Source of the DNA: a virus
IMG/VR virus record: IMGVR_UViG_3300013094_000026
Location: 1-64,000 of that record
Direction: 5' to 3' (one strand)
DNA length: 64,000 nt
In this document: piece after piece, positions 1 through 10,417 of the stretch
Layout of the letters: each line of letters opens with the position of its first letter
Numbering within the stretch: position 1 is the first letter of the stretch
The notes under the pieces: model-generated
What the model was told of the DNA's origin: nothing
What the model saw: the letters and a program-made list of their open reading frames with translations, nothing else
The model's database searches: none
Translations under genes and position numbers: made by a program

Positions 1-2
1 AA

Positions 3-233
3 AATTTTGATGAAGTGTCAGGAATTTCTTTTCTACCAAAGTCTAACCATTCTTATGTTCAAGCTCCCTACCAAGAGATAACAAAAGAAGAATATGAAGA
101 AGCACACTCTAAAATGCCAAAAAATATTGATTGGTCAGCATTATCTTTATATGAATATGAAGACAATACAACAGGATCTCAAAATTATGCCTGTATTTCT
201 GGAGAATGCGATATTGTGGATATTGGTAAATAA
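3..233 (+). CDS. nrdJ: Ribonucleotide reductase, C-terminal fragment (class II NrdJ-like); 5' truncated by the window
   Basis: Frame is open from base 3 (NFDEVSGISFLP...QAPYQEI...); ends ACISGECDIVDIGK, the C-terminal CxxGxC redox pair of RNRs. Confidence 0.8.
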   Translation, partial: NFDEVSGISFLPKSNHSYVQAPYQEITKEEYEEAHSKMPKNIDWSALSLYEYEDNTTGSQNYACISGECDIVDIGK

Positions 234-270
234 TACTTCTGTATTCTGATAATTATGCTATAATTGTTAT

Positions 271-864
271 ATGGTAATAAAAGCATATAAAGGTAACACT
301 AAGCCTATTTACAAAGGAATAGATTATACTGGTAAAAAAATTGCTGGCTGGTTAATTCTAGGTCCAATAGAATGTGTTAAATCAAAAACTGGTAAAACAT
401 ATCATACCAAATGGTTATGTCAGTGTGATTGCGGATCTAAGCCTAAAAAGATAATTAAGGAGAATCTTTTTAGGGGTATTACATCTGGTTGTACGGAATG
501 CACAGGTTCAAGGCATAAGGGAAATAAAAATAATAACTGGAAAGGCTTTGGAGAAGTTTCTGGTTCTATTTTTAATAGAATAAGGTCTGGTGCAAAGGTA
601 AGGAATTTAAATCTATTTGTAAGTCCTGAATTTTTAAATGAATTATGGATCAAATCAAATGGAATTTGTGCCCTATCTGGTATAAAATTAGATTTAAATA
701 GTACAGCAAGTCTTGACAGAATTGATAGTTCAATTGGCTATATTGAAGGAAATGTTCAATGGGTTCATAAAGATATTAATAAGATGAAAAATGATCTTGA
801 TGAACAGTATTTTAAGGATTTATGTAGATTAGTAGCTAATGTTGTTGATATTGGTAAAAATTGA
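271..864 (+). CDS. Free-standing HNH-type homing endonuclease
   Basis: N-terminal WLCQCDCG...SGCTEC DNA-binding module; C-terminal CALSG...SLDRIDSSIGYIEGNVQWVHKDINKMK nuclease motif. Confidence 0.85.
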   Translation: MVIKAYKGNTKPIYKGIDYTGKKIAGWLILGPIECVKSKTGKTYHTKWLCQCDCGSKPKKIIKENLFRGITSGCTECTGSRHKGNKNNNWKGFGEVSGSIFNRIRSGAKVRNLNLFVSPEFLNELWIKSNGICALSGIKLDLNSTASLDRIDSSIGYIEGNVQWVHKDINKMKNDLDEQYFKDLCRLVANVVDIGKN

Positions 865-889
865 TATAATATAATTGCGAGAAAAACGC

Positions 890-925
890 TAGTAAACCCG
901 CCCTTCTCACGGGGCGGGTTTACTA
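890..925 (+). terminator. Intrinsic terminator hairpin, possibly bidirectional
   Basis: TAGTAAACCCGCCC / GGGCGGGTTTACTA inverted repeat in AT-rich intergenic DNA. Confidence 0.75.
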
Positions 926-979
926 TGTCTATTTAATTTGTATTTTGCATATTAGATGATACAATTTACCTATAAGTAG

Positions 980-1324
980 GTGACTATGAAAGAAGCAAAT
1001 TTAACAATTATTCAGGGCGATACACTCGTTCTTACTGTCTTTTATAAAGATAGTGCGGGAAATCCAATTAATATTACTGGATATACTGCAGAATTTCAGG
1101 TAAGAGATGTTCCAGGTGGAAAAGCTCTTTGTGCAACAGTTAATACAACAAATGGAATTGAAATTGATGGAGTAAATGGTAAAGTTACAGTAACTGTTTC
1201 ATCAGATTTAACTAAAAAGTTTATAGTTCCAAAATCTTCATATCAATTACAAGTAAATTCAGGAACCATTAAAACCACATTAGCAACAGGATGGTTTGAA
1301 GTTAGTAGAGGTACAATTCAATGA
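980..1324 (+). CDS. Small virion structural protein (BppU-N-like Ig fold)
   Basis: LTIIQGDT...[15 protein letters not shown] pattern typical of small phage structural proteins; precedes the fibre genes. Confidence 0.55.
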   Translation: MTMKEANLTIIQGDTLVLTVFYKDSAGNPINITGYTAEFQVRDVPGGKALCATVNTTNGIEIDGVNGKVTVTVSSDLTKKFIVPKSSYQLQVNSGTIKTTLATGWFEVSRGTIQ

Positions 1325-1728
1325 GTGATAATATTATTGTTGAGCCTATTTATTATAATATTGAAGTTGTCAAGAATGACAATGAAGTTTATATTGCTTC
1401 ATCGGGTCCCCAAGGTCCAAAGGGTGATACAGGTCCACAAGGTCCACAAGGCGAACAAGGTCCACAGGGACCAAAAGGTGACAAGGGTGATCAAGGTGAT
1501 CAGGGCATACAAGGTCCACAAGGAAATGCAGCAATACAGGCATTTACATTTGAGCAACAAAGTTTTTCAACTTCTTGGAATATAGCACATAATTTAGGTT
1601 TTAGGCCTAATGTTACAATTCAAGATTATTTTCAAAATACAATAGAGGGAGATGTGCAACATATAGATGTTAACAATTTAACTATTAGTTTTATTGAACC
1701 AATATCTGGTTATGCATATCTTTCATAG
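1321..1728 (+). CDS. Collagen-like virion protein
   Basis: Gly-X-Y run (GPQGPKGDT...) followed by a [15 protein letters not shown] domain. Confidence 0.8.
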   Translation: MSDNIIVEPIYYNIEVVKNDNEVYIASSGPQGPKGDTGPQGPQGEQGPQGPKGDKGDQGDQGIQGPQGNAAIQAFTFEQQSFSTSWNIAHNLGFRPNVTIQDYFQNTIEGDVQHIDVNNLTISFIEPISGYAYLS

Positions 1729-1739
1729 GGAGATAAAAA

Positions 1740-4700
1740 ATGGCTAAAGTATATAGAGTAAATATTGATATGAAGAGTAACCAGATACTTTCTGGTTTAC
1801 TAACTTCTCCATTCTTACAGACAGGATCGGCAGATCCAACAGGTTCAAACCCAGTGGGTGGATATCAGTTCTACTATAACACCACAACGGGCAATATTAA
1901 GTTTTATAATGGATCAGCATGGGTTTCTTCAAAAGGAACTACAGTAAATGCATTAACAATTGGCTCTACTTTATCATTAAGCTCGGGAACAACATTTGAT
2001 GGTTCTTCTGCAGTAACACTTAATCTCCCGTCAGTAGTTACCGCTGGTTCAGTAGGTTCATCAAGTGCAATTCCAGTTATCACATATGATGCTTATGGTC
2101 GTATTACTGGAACATCAACTGCTTCAATCAGCTCAACTATCAACCTTGCTGGCTCAGCAACTACAGGATCTGTTTCAACAGGCGGAACACTTACTATCAC
2201 ACCTGGAAGTGGAATTACTTCTTCAGTTAGTGGCTCTACATTTACTATTGGAAACTCTGGTGTTCTTTCTGTTAATGGATCAACTGGTGCAGTTACTGGA
2301 ATTGCAACAACTGCAGGCAATTTGTCACAATTTGCTTCAACTACATCAGCACAGTTATCTGGAGTTCTTTCTGATGAGACAGGAACAGGTTATGTGGTAT
2401 TTTCTAATACACCAACACTTGTAACACCAGTATTAGGTGCTGCAACTGCAACATCTATTAACGGTTTAACATTAACTTCAAATGCAACTGGCTTTTCAAT
2501 TGCTGGTGGAACAACATCTAAGACATTAACAATTTCAAACACATTAACTTTGGCGGGAACAGATTCATCAACACTTAATATTGGTTCTGGTGGAACTTTG
2601 GGTTCTGCAGCATTTACTGCATCTACAGCATATTTAGCAGCAGGTGTGACAAGCTTACCATCAGTAACATCTGTAAATGGAACTACAATCCCTTCTTCTG
2701 CAACACTTTTGACTTCTACATCAACAGCATCTTCTCTTACTAGCGTAGGAACATTAACATCACTTACTGTTGGTTCTTCAGGAATAGCAATAAATGGTTC
2801 TACTTCAGGTTCTATTACACTAAAAGTACCATCCACTGCGGGAACAAACACAATTACATTCCCAGCAACAACAGGTAACGTAGTTACAACTGGAGACAGC
2901 GGTACTGTAACAGGCACAATGATTGGTTCAGGAACAATTACTGATTCAAATATAAGTTCTTCTGCTGCTATCCAAGTTTCAAAGTTAGCTGCCTCTACAA
3001 TTTCAGGTGTAACACTTGGAAATAACTTGAATGCATTAACAATTGGAACAGGTTTGTCAGGAACATCCTATAATGGTTCGGCGGGTGTTACAATTGCAAA
3101 TACTGGTGTTTTAAGTATCACTGGAACATCAAATCAAGTAATAGCATCAGGTTCAACTGGAGCTATTACCTTAAGTCTTCCACAGTCAATAGGTTTAACA
3201 TCAACACCAACATTTAGCCAAATTACAATTAATACAATACCTGTAAATGCTACAGATGTTGCAACAAAATCTTATGTTGATAGCTTAGCTGCTGGATACA
3301 ATCAACATGCAGCGGTTGAAATTGCAACTGTAGTAGATCTGGGAAGTATTGGAACAGGAACTGTAACATATACAGCAGGTGGAGGTACAACATCTTCAGT
3401 TACAGGAACATCTGGAACAAATACACTTACTGTAACATCTCCAGGATTTAACCTTGCCCCTAACCAGATAGTTACAGGAACAGGAGTTACAGGCACTGTA
3501 ACAGTTACTAACGTTTCAGGAACTGGTCCTTATACAGTAACACTATCTCAAAACCTTACATCTAATGCTTCAGGTTCCTATAGTTTCTTGGGTGCAGATG
3601 GTGGAACTGGTGTAGGTGCTACACTTTCTGCTGGCAGTAACGGTACATTTATAATTGATAACTATTCACCAGATACAAATGATCGTGTTTTAGTAAAGAA
3701 TCAAACTACACAAACACAAAACGGTGTTTATGTAGTAACAAACACTGGTTCTGGATCAACTAAATGGGTACTTACTCGTGCTACAGATTATGATAATCAC
3801 GTACTAGGTGAAGTTACAGCAGGAGATCTACTTTATGTTGCATCTTATTCATCAGAATATTCTGGTGGAACCCCAACAACTGTAAATACTTCATGGGTAA
3901 TGAATAATGATCAAGGTTCTGTAAGTAATCAATCAATTAAAATTGGAACAGACCCTGTAACATTCGTACAATTTTCAGGTGCTGGTTCTGTAACTGCAGG
4001 AACTGGAATTACTGTAACAGGTAACTCAGTAGCAATTACAGCTATTAATCCAACCTCTACAACTCAAACAACTGGAAATGGAATTGTTGCATCTGTAACT
4101 ACAAATACATCAGGACAAGTTACAGCACAAACAACTGCGACACTCGGAACTGAATTTACAAATACTTCAGGAACAATTTCTCTAACATCTGCGGGAATTG
4201 GAAACAGTAAACTTACTAACTCAAGTGTTACAATTGGTACTACATCAATATCACTTGGAAGTAGTTCTACAACACTTGCAGGATTAACATCTGTAACATC
4301 AACAGGATTTATAGGTGCTCTTACAGGTAATGCTTCTACTGCAACAACACTTGCAACTTCACGTAATATTAACGGTGTAGCATTTAATGGTTCAGCAGAT
4401 ATCACAGTAACTGCAGCAGCAGGAACTTTAACTGGAGCTACACTTAATTCAACAGTAACTGCTTCATCCCTTACAAGTGTGGGAACATTAGCAGGACTTA
4501 CTGTAACATCTGCAGGAATCGTTATAAATGGATCAACATCAGGAACAATTACATTAAAGGTTCCAGCAACTGCAGGAACAAACACAATTACATTCCCAGC
4601 AACAACAGGTAACGTAGTTACAACTGGAGACAGCGGTACTGTAACAGGCACAATGATTGCTGGAACAACAATAACTGATTCAAATATTAGTGCAACAGCA

Positions 4701-5174
4701 AATATAGCAATTGCAAAGCTTGCTGCATCAACAATATCTGGAGTTTCATTAGGTGGAACATTAAATGCTCTATCTTATGGAACTGGTTTAACAAATACTT
4801 CAGGTTCTTCAACTTATACAGGTGCAGCAACCTCTACAATTGGATTTGCTTCTGGAACAGTAGCATCAGGAGGAAGTGCTCCATCTGGTGCAGCATCATC
4901 ATATACATATGCTATACAGAAAGCTGTAGGAGCAATTAGTGGAAATGGTTCAGCAACATCATTTACGTTTAACACTCCATTCAGTACAACAGCACCTGCT
5001 TGTTATGACTATGTAGTAAGAGTTGTTCAAACATCGGCATCACCAGATGCCATAGGTACTGATATTGAAGTTGATATTACTAGAGCAGTTAACTCAACTT
5101 ATAATCAATGCACAGTAACATTTGCTTCCCCCCCACTCTCTGGAGCAACATATGATGTAATTATGGTTGGTTAA
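1740..5174 (+). CDS. Long Ser/Thr/Gly-rich fibre protein
   Basis: 1144 aa of T/S/G-rich repeats, with DVATKSYVD and DRVLVKNQT..QNGVY..WVLTRATD fibre motifs. Confidence 0.8.
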   Translation: MAKVYRVNIDMKSNQILSGLLTSPFLQTGSADPTGSNPVGGYQFYYNTTTGNIKFYNGSAWVSSKGTTVNALTIGSTLSLSSGTTFDGSSAVTLNLPSVVTAGSVGSSSAIPVITYDAYGRITGTSTASISSTINLAGSATTGSVSTGGTLTITPGSGITSSVSGSTFTIGNSGVLSVNGSTGAVTGIATTAGNLSQFASTTSAQLSGVLSDETGTGYVVFSNTPTLVTPVLGAATATSINGLTLTSNATGFSIAGGTTSKTLTISNTLTLAGTDSSTLNIGSGGTLGSAAFTASTAYLAAGVTSLPSVTSVNGTTIPSSATLLTSTSTASSLTSVGTLTSLTVGSSGIAINGSTSGSITLKVPSTAGTNTITFPATTGNVVTTGDSGTVTGTMIGSGTITDSNISSSAAIQVSKLAASTISGVTLGNNLNALTIGTGLSGTSYNGSAGVTIANTGVLSITGTSNQVIASGSTGAITLSLPQSIGLTSTPTFSQITINTIPVNATDVATKSYVDSLAAGYNQHAAVEIATVVDLGSIGTGTVTYTAGGGTTSSVTGTSGTNTLTVTSPGFNLAPNQIVTGTGVTGTVTVTNVSGTGPYTVTLSQNLTSNASGSYSFLGADGGTGVGATLSAGSNGTFIIDNYSPDTNDRVLVKNQTTQTQNGVYVVTNTGSGSTKWVLTRATDYDNHVLGEVTAGDLLYVASYSSEYSGGTPTTVNTSWVMNNDQGSVSNQSIKIGTDPVTFVQFSGAGSVTAGTGITVTGNSVAITAINPTSTTQTTGNGIVASVTTNTSGQVTAQTTATLGTEFTNTSGTISLTSAGIGNSKLTNSSVTIGTTSISLGSSSTTLAGLTSVTSTGFIGALTGNASTATTLATSRNINGVAFNGSADITVTAAAGTLTGATLNSTVTASSLTSVGTLAGLTVTSAGIVINGSTSGTITLKVPATAGTNTITFPATTGNVVTTGDSGTVTGTMIAGTTITDSNISATANIAIAKLAASTISGVSLGGTLNALSYGTGLTNTSGSSTYTGAATSTIGFASGTVASGGSAPSGAASSYTYAIQKAVGAISGNGSATSFTFNTPFSTTAPACYDYVVRVVQTSASPDAIGTDIEVDITRAVNSTYNQCTVTFASPPLSGATYDVIMVG
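2841..2925 (+). repeat. 85 bp perfect direct repeat, copy 1
   Basis: Identical to 4575-4659 (GGAACAAACACAATTAC...CACAATGATTG). Confidence 0.9.
4575..4659 (+). repeat. 85 bp perfect direct repeat, copy 2
   Basis: Identical to 2841-2925; 1734 bp apart, in frame. Confidence 0.9.
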
Positions 5175-5197
5175 TTAATTATATAGCTTAAAATTTC

Positions 5198-5228
5198 GGG
5201 GGCTAGGGAAAACATCCCTAACCCCTTT
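5198..5228 (+). terminator. Intrinsic terminator-like hairpin
   Basis: GGGGCTAGGGA-AAACA-TCCCTAACCCC then TTT, after the fibre gene. Confidence 0.65.
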
Positions 5229-5248
5229 AATGATATAATAGGAGTAAT

Positions 5249-7276
5249 ATGACAAAGAGTTTTCAAGTACCCATAAAATTAGCCAATATATCAACAGATC
5301 CTACAGGGGTCAATGGTGCTCTATACTATAACACTACCTCAAATTCATTAAAATATTATAATGGGACATCATGGGTTTCATTAAGTGCTAGTAGTGGTGG
5401 CGGAACAACCACAAATGCATTAACTTTAGGAACAGGACTTACTGGCGGAAGTTTTAATGGATTTTCTGCAGTTACTGCTACTGTAGATTCATCAGTTATT
5501 CCATATTTAGCAAATGCTAATACATTTACTACAACTCAAACAATTACACAGCCTTCAGCAGGTACTAAACCATTAATTGTTCAAGCTGCAGCATCTGGAC
5601 TTACAGCAACTATTACGGCTGCTTCACAAAGTGCAGGAACAGTTACATATACTGCTTCAAATACATTTTCGGCGGGACAACAAGTAACAGTTACAGGTAT
5701 TACACCTACAACACTTAACGTAACCAATGCTAAAATTGTAAGTGCCAGCTCAAGTCAGTTTACAATAGTAAACCCCTCTGTTTTTGGAACATACTCATCA
5801 GGTGGAACTGCAACAGCATACTCAGATTTGCAGCAATGGCAAACAAATGCGGGAACTGTACAATTATCAGTTAACCAAGCAGGATATGTAACAACATCAA
5901 ACGTTGAACTTGTTTTAGAATCAACAGGAGATGGATACGGACCTACAAGATTAAGATTGCAAAATAGAAATGGTCAAAATGGACCTTTGTTTGATACGTC
6001 ATCAAGTACCGTAGACTTAGTTGACTTTGGATTTAAATCTATAACTTCTCAAGGAAACATTAGGTATGAAAATAGATATGGAAATGGTCAAGTAGGTATT
6101 TATGCAATTACCTCCACAAATGGACCTGAATTTCAAATAGGAAATACTGTAGGTTTTACTGTACAGTCATATGCTTCACAAGTTCAATTTCCTCTTATTG
6201 TAGGAAATAGCTTAAATGACCGACGTGTTCAAGTAAACTCAACAACTGGAAATACAGTGCCTTTAACAGTTAAAGCAAAACCTACTGTTACAGCAACAAT
6301 TACTGGTGCAACAGTAACTACTTTTGCTAATAAAACTGGAACAATAAGTGCTGCTCAAGCTGCAGCGATATATACATATAGAATTACTGGATTATCCTCA
6401 ACTACAGGACTTTTGCCAGGAATGATTTTGACATATGTTTCTGGTACAGGAACATTTGGAACTGGCGGTACAGGAGTTATTGTATCTGTTGATTCATCTA
6501 CTGCTATAACTGTTTATACAACAGGATCAACATCACCTGTTTCAGGATCAATTACATTTTCAATACAAAACTCTGTCACATATACTTCAACAAACACATT
6601 TAATCAAACAGATTCTGTAACCATCACTGGTATTACCCCATCAACCCTTAATGATACAAACGTAACTATAGGTGCTGTAGCAGGATCCAGCTTTACAACA
6701 ATTAATACAGTTGCTTCTGGAACTTATACTTCAGGCGGTACTGCGACAGTTACACAAAATGCTGGATTATTTAATCTAATTGGAAGTTCTGGCTCATCTG
6801 TAGCATCAATTGATGCTTCTGGTAATATTACGGCAGGAACACATAATGGAGTAACTATTTCTGGTACTGGAACTGTTCTTACATCAACATCAACAACATC
6901 AGCACTAACATCTTTTGGTTCATCTCCTACCATATCATCTCCAACATTAACTGGAACAATAACGGCATCTGGAAATTTAATTGAAAATGTTAACACAACT
7001 GCAAAAACTGCAGCATATACACTTGCAACAACTGATTATAATACATTAATACAAATGAATGGTGCTTTTGCATTTACTGTAGGAACTACTCTTTCTGCAG
7101 CACCAGTCGGAACCAAAATTAACCTGTTGGCATTAACTGCGGGAGTTTCAGTAACAGCTTCAGGAACAACAATATATGCGACACCAGGATTAAAATTAAG
7201 AGCACAATATTCTGCAGCGACACTAATTTGTTTAGCTTCAAATGTTTGGCTCCTAACTGGAGATTTGAGTGCATAA
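5249..7276 (+). CDS. Fibre / virion surface protein
   Basis: N-terminus shares YYNTT..lKyYNGt.WVS with the 1740 fibre; two internal TYTasNTF..G..VTvTGITP modules; C-terminal LRAQYSAATL...WLLTGDL domain. Confidence 0.7.
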   Translation: MTKSFQVPIKLANISTDPTGVNGALYYNTTSNSLKYYNGTSWVSLSASSGGGTTTNALTLGTGLTGGSFNGFSAVTATVDSSVIPYLANANTFTTTQTITQPSAGTKPLIVQAAASGLTATITAASQSAGTVTYTASNTFSAGQQVTVTGITPTTLNVTNAKIVSASSSQFTIVNPSVFGTYSSGGTATAYSDLQQWQTNAGTVQLSVNQAGYVTTSNVELVLESTGDGYGPTRLRLQNRNGQNGPLFDTSSSTVDLVDFGFKSITSQGNIRYENRYGNGQVGIYAITSTNGPEFQIGNTVGFTVQSYASQVQFPLIVGNSLNDRRVQVNSTTGNTVPLTVKAKPTVTATITGATVTTFANKTGTISAAQAAAIYTYRITGLSSTTGLLPGMILTYVSGTGTFGTGGTGVIVSVDSSTAITVYTTGSTSPVSGSITFSIQNSVTYTSTNTFNQTDSVTITGITPSTLNDTNVTIGAVAGSSFTTINTVASGTYTSGGTATVTQNAGLFNLIGSSGSSVASIDASGNITAGTHNGVTISGTGTVLTSTSTTSALTSFGSSPTISSPTLTGTITASGNLIENVNTTAKTAAYTLATTDYNTLIQMNGAFAFTVGTTLSAAPVGTKINLLALTAGVSVTASGTTIYATPGLKLRAQYSAATLICLASNVWLLTGDLSA

Positions 7277-9342
7277 TGCCAATAGTTGGAATTGTTGCCT
7301 CATCTGATGGAAAATATCCAGGAACACCTACTATTACAAATGCTTTTGATGTAGGATCTGGTAGAACTTATAATGGGGGTATAAATTCAATAACATTTAC
7401 AGGAGTAAATACTGGTAAGTTCTCTCCAACATCTTATACAATTACTTCAACACCAGGATCTTTAACTTCAACAGTTTCAACAACATTATCCAGAACTAAT
7501 CTTGTAACAAACCCATCTTTTGAAACGAACCTTACAGGATGGTCTGCTGTAGGAACTATTGGAACACGTAGTACTGCACAGTCAAAAGTAGGAACAGCTT
7601 CTTGTCTTATAGCTTTTCCTGGAGGAACAAGTACTAATGGAGTCACATATAACTTATCAAATGGAGTTGCTGTAACTGCAGGAGATGTCCTTACATTTTC
7701 TTTTTACTTATTAAGATCTGCAGATATTGGTCAAGTAACATTTAACTTTATGTTTTATGCTTCAAATGGAACTACGCTTATAGCAGATAATGCACATGTT
7801 AACGTACCTGCATCACAATCAACAACTGGATGGTATAGAGCTTCACAAACAGTAATAGTCCCTTATGGAGCAGCATTTGCTCAGCCAAGAATTTATATTA
7901 CAAATGCTGAAGGTAGTGGTACTACAGCATTTAATGCATATATTGATGCAGTTTTAATTGAAAAAAGTTCTGTGCTTGGAGATTATTTTGATGGATCAAA
8001 TACTATATTAACTCATCAATACTCTGGAACTCCATCAGTAGCATGGACAGGAACTGCAAATGCTTCTACAAGTACTTTTTCTGGAGTAGATCTTTCAGGT
8101 CCATATAGTGGTCAAGTAACAGGTCTAACTTCGGGTACATCGTACACCTATACAGTTTCAGAAACAAATTCAATAACTACTGGATCAAACTCCTCTTCAT
8201 CTTCATCAGTTACAGCAACCACAGTTCCATCAGCTCCAGCATCAGCTTCTGCAGTTGCTGCCAGTACAACATCAGTAACTATAACTTATGGTGCAATCAG
8301 TACAGGAGGCTCAGCACTGACAGCTCTAGTGGGAAGTGGTACAAGTACTGGAGATATTGTAAGTTCACCAGCAATTAACCTAACATATTCTGGAACTTTA
8401 AATTCTGCAGGAGGAACTATAACTGTTACGGGAACATTTGCAGCTTCAACTGCATATACATTTAGTATTGTTGCAAGAAATGCAAATGGTATTAGCACTA
8501 CTACAACAACTAATTCGCTTGCACCTAATGGACCTAAAGTTACTTATACTAATGGAACACTATACTCTGATGCAACTTATTATTATGTCGCATATAAAAC
8601 TGCTGGAACATTTACAAATGACTTTGTAGTGGCAAACCAAACACTAACTGCTGATATATTAGCAGTAGCAGGAGGCGGTGGCGGTAACTATGGCGGTGGC
8701 GGTGCAGGAGGATATGTAAACTCTACTTCTCAAGCATTAACCGTAGGATCTTATACAGTAATTATGGGTGCTGGAGGAGCTACGGGAGCTAACGGAGGAA
8801 ACTCACAATTTGGATCACTTACTGCTGCAGTTGGTGGCGGTGGCGGTGGTACTTCTAGTGCAGCAGGACTTAATGGTGGTTCTGGTGGCGGTTCATCTTC
8901 TAGTTCTGCTGGAGGATTGTCAGGTGGAACAGGAGTTTCAGGACAAGGATTTGCAGGTGGTGTAGGAGCAGCTGGAACAACTTCTGGCGGTGGCGGTGGC
9001 GGTGGTGCTACTGCAGTTGGAGGCAATGGTACTGCTGGAGCTACAAGTCCAGGAGGAAATGGTGGGGCAGGAACTTCAGCATTTAGTGCTTGGGGTGCTG
9101 CAACAGGTACTGGACAAAATGTTTCTGGAACATATTATTATTGTGGTGGTGGTGGTGCTTCTGGATTTGTTGGTGGAACAGGCGGTAATGGTGGAGGAAG
9201 TAACGGAGGAGCTTTTGGAGCAGCAGGTGCTGGTCAAACTAACACAGGCGGTGGATCTGGTGGTGGAGGTCTTGGTACTAAATATGGCGGTGGTTCTGGT
9301 GTTGTTATTATTCGTTATACTCGTGCACAAGTTGGCGGATAA
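7276..9342 (+). CDS. Fibre protein with FN3-like, carbohydrate-binding-like and glycine-rich domains
   Basis: Start taken at ATG 7276 (TAATG overlap). RTNLVTNPSFET CBM-like insert, FN3-like YTFSIVARNANG, Gly-rich C-terminus ending GGSGVVIIRY. Confidence 0.75.
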   Translation: MPIVGIVASSDGKYPGTPTITNAFDVGSGRTYNGGINSITFTGVNTGKFSPTSYTITSTPGSLTSTVSTTLSRTNLVTNPSFETNLTGWSAVGTIGTRSTAQSKVGTASCLIAFPGGTSTNGVTYNLSNGVAVTAGDVLTFSFYLLRSADIGQVTFNFMFYASNGTTLIADNAHVNVPASQSTTGWYRASQTVIVPYGAAFAQPRIYITNAEGSGTTAFNAYIDAVLIEKSSVLGDYFDGSNTILTHQYSGTPSVAWTGTANASTSTFSGVDLSGPYSGQVTGLTSGTSYTYTVSETNSITTGSNSSSSSSVTATTVPSAPASASAVAASTTSVTITYGAISTGGSALTALVGSGTSTGDIVSSPAINLTYSGTLNSAGGTITVTGTFAASTAYTFSIVARNANGISTTTTTNSLAPNGPKVTYTNGTLYSDATYYYVAYKTAGTFTNDFVVANQTLTADILAVAGGGGGNYGGGGAGGYVNSTSQALTVGSYTVIMGAGGATGANGGNSQFGSLTAAVGGGGGGTSSAAGLNGGSGGGSSSSSAGGLSGGTGVSGQGFAGGVGAAGTTSGGGGGGGATAVGGNGTAGATSPGGNGGAGTSAFSAWGAATGTGQNVSGTYYYCGGGGASGFVGGTGGNGGGSNGGAFGAAGAGQTNTGGGSGGGGLGTKYGGGSGVVIIRYTRAQVGG

Positions 9343-9363
9343 ATATAAAACTTTTATTGTAAA

Positions 9364-9393
9364 TTGACATAAAATATTAACTTATGCTACTAT
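9364..9393 (+). promoter_or_regulatory. sigma70/SigA-type promoter
   Basis: TTGACA-18 nt-TACTAT with TG extension, upstream of 9413. Confidence 0.6.
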
Positions 9394-9412
9394 TAATAAA
9401 ATAGAAAGTTAA

Positions 9413-10417
9413 ATGATGACAAATTTAGTTCAAAAAGCCGTATCACAAGGCGGTAAATTGGCCCCATTAGTTATTCCAAATGGATTAACATCTGGGACGG
9501 GTTTAATGAATCCTTCCATTTTTATAGACGATGATGGAGATATATTAGTTAATCTTAGACATGTAAATTACACACTTTATCATTCAGAAGGCAATCAAAT
9601 GTTTCCCTCTCGCTGGGGACCATTGTCATATTTGCATCCAGAAAAAGATATGAGGCTTGTAACAGAAAATTATATTTGCAGGTTAGATAAAGATCTTCAT
9701 ATGACAAATTTTGCACATGTTGAGATGTTAAATTTGCATAAACCAATTTGGGAATTTGTCGGACTAGAAGATTGCAGACTTATGCAATGGGATGGACAAT
9801 ATTATTTAGTTGGAGTAAGAAGAGATACTACGAATAATGGTGTAGGAAGAATGGAATATACCCACATATCAATAGATAAAGAAAATTGGGTTGTAAAAGA
9901 AACAAAAAGAGTTCGCATACCTACCCCGAATGACTCTGAGTCATATTGTGAAAAAAACTGGGTTCCAATTATTGATAAACCATATCACTTTGTTAAATGG
10001 ACTAATCCAGTAGAGATAGTAAAAGCAGATCCAGATGAACCTATGTGCGATCAAATTTCTGTCAGGCAAAATTTAATTCCACCAATGGATCAAAGAGGTA
10101 GTTCTCAAGTTATTAAGTGGAAAAATAATTTTATATCTATATCTCATGATGTTTTATTATTTAATAACTATTTAAAGCAAAAAGATGGTAACTACAGTCA
10201 TAGAGTTTTAGTATGGGATGAAGATATGAATTTGATTGGAATATCTGATCAGTTTAAATTTTTAGATGGATACATAGAGTTTTGTGTGGGTGCTGCAAAA
10301 TACGAGGATGACTTATTAATATCTTTTGGTTTTCAAGATAATGCTGCATTTGTTTTAAGAACACCTGGTACTATTATAGATGAGTTAGTTGAGGAGGCTC
10401 TTGCATATGCTAATTGA
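9413..10417 (+). CDS. Beta-propeller glycoside hydrolase/phosphorylase-like protein (GH130-like)
   Basis: NPSI, GLEDCRL, CEKNW and IEFCVG motifs typical of 5-bladed propeller glycoside enzymes. Confidence 0.6.
   Translation: MMTNLVQKAVSQGGKLAPLVIPNGLTSGTGLMNPSIFIDDDGDILVNLRHVNYTLYHSEGNQMFPSRWGPLSYLHPEKDMRLVTENYICRLDKDLHMTNFAHVEMLNLHKPIWEFVGLEDCRLMQWDGQYYLVGVRRDTTNNGVGRMEYTHISIDKENWVVKETKRVRIPTPNDSESYCEKNWVPIIDKPYHFVKWTNPVEIVKADPDEPMCDQISVRQNLIPPMDQRGSSQVIKWKNNFISISHDVLLFNNYLKQKDGNYSHRVLVWDEDMNLIGISDQFKFLDGYIEFCVGAAKYEDDLLISFGFQDNAAFVLRTPGTIIDELVEEALAYAN

Noticed and set aside
2841-4659. Repeat pair as a diversity-generating retroelement TR/VR
   Set aside because: Copies are identical rather than differing at adenines, both are mid-gene, and there is no reverse transcriptase in the window
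8670-9300. GGTGGCGGT-type tandem repeats as a DNA-level repeat element
   Set aside because: Explained by the glycine-rich coding sequence of the fibre
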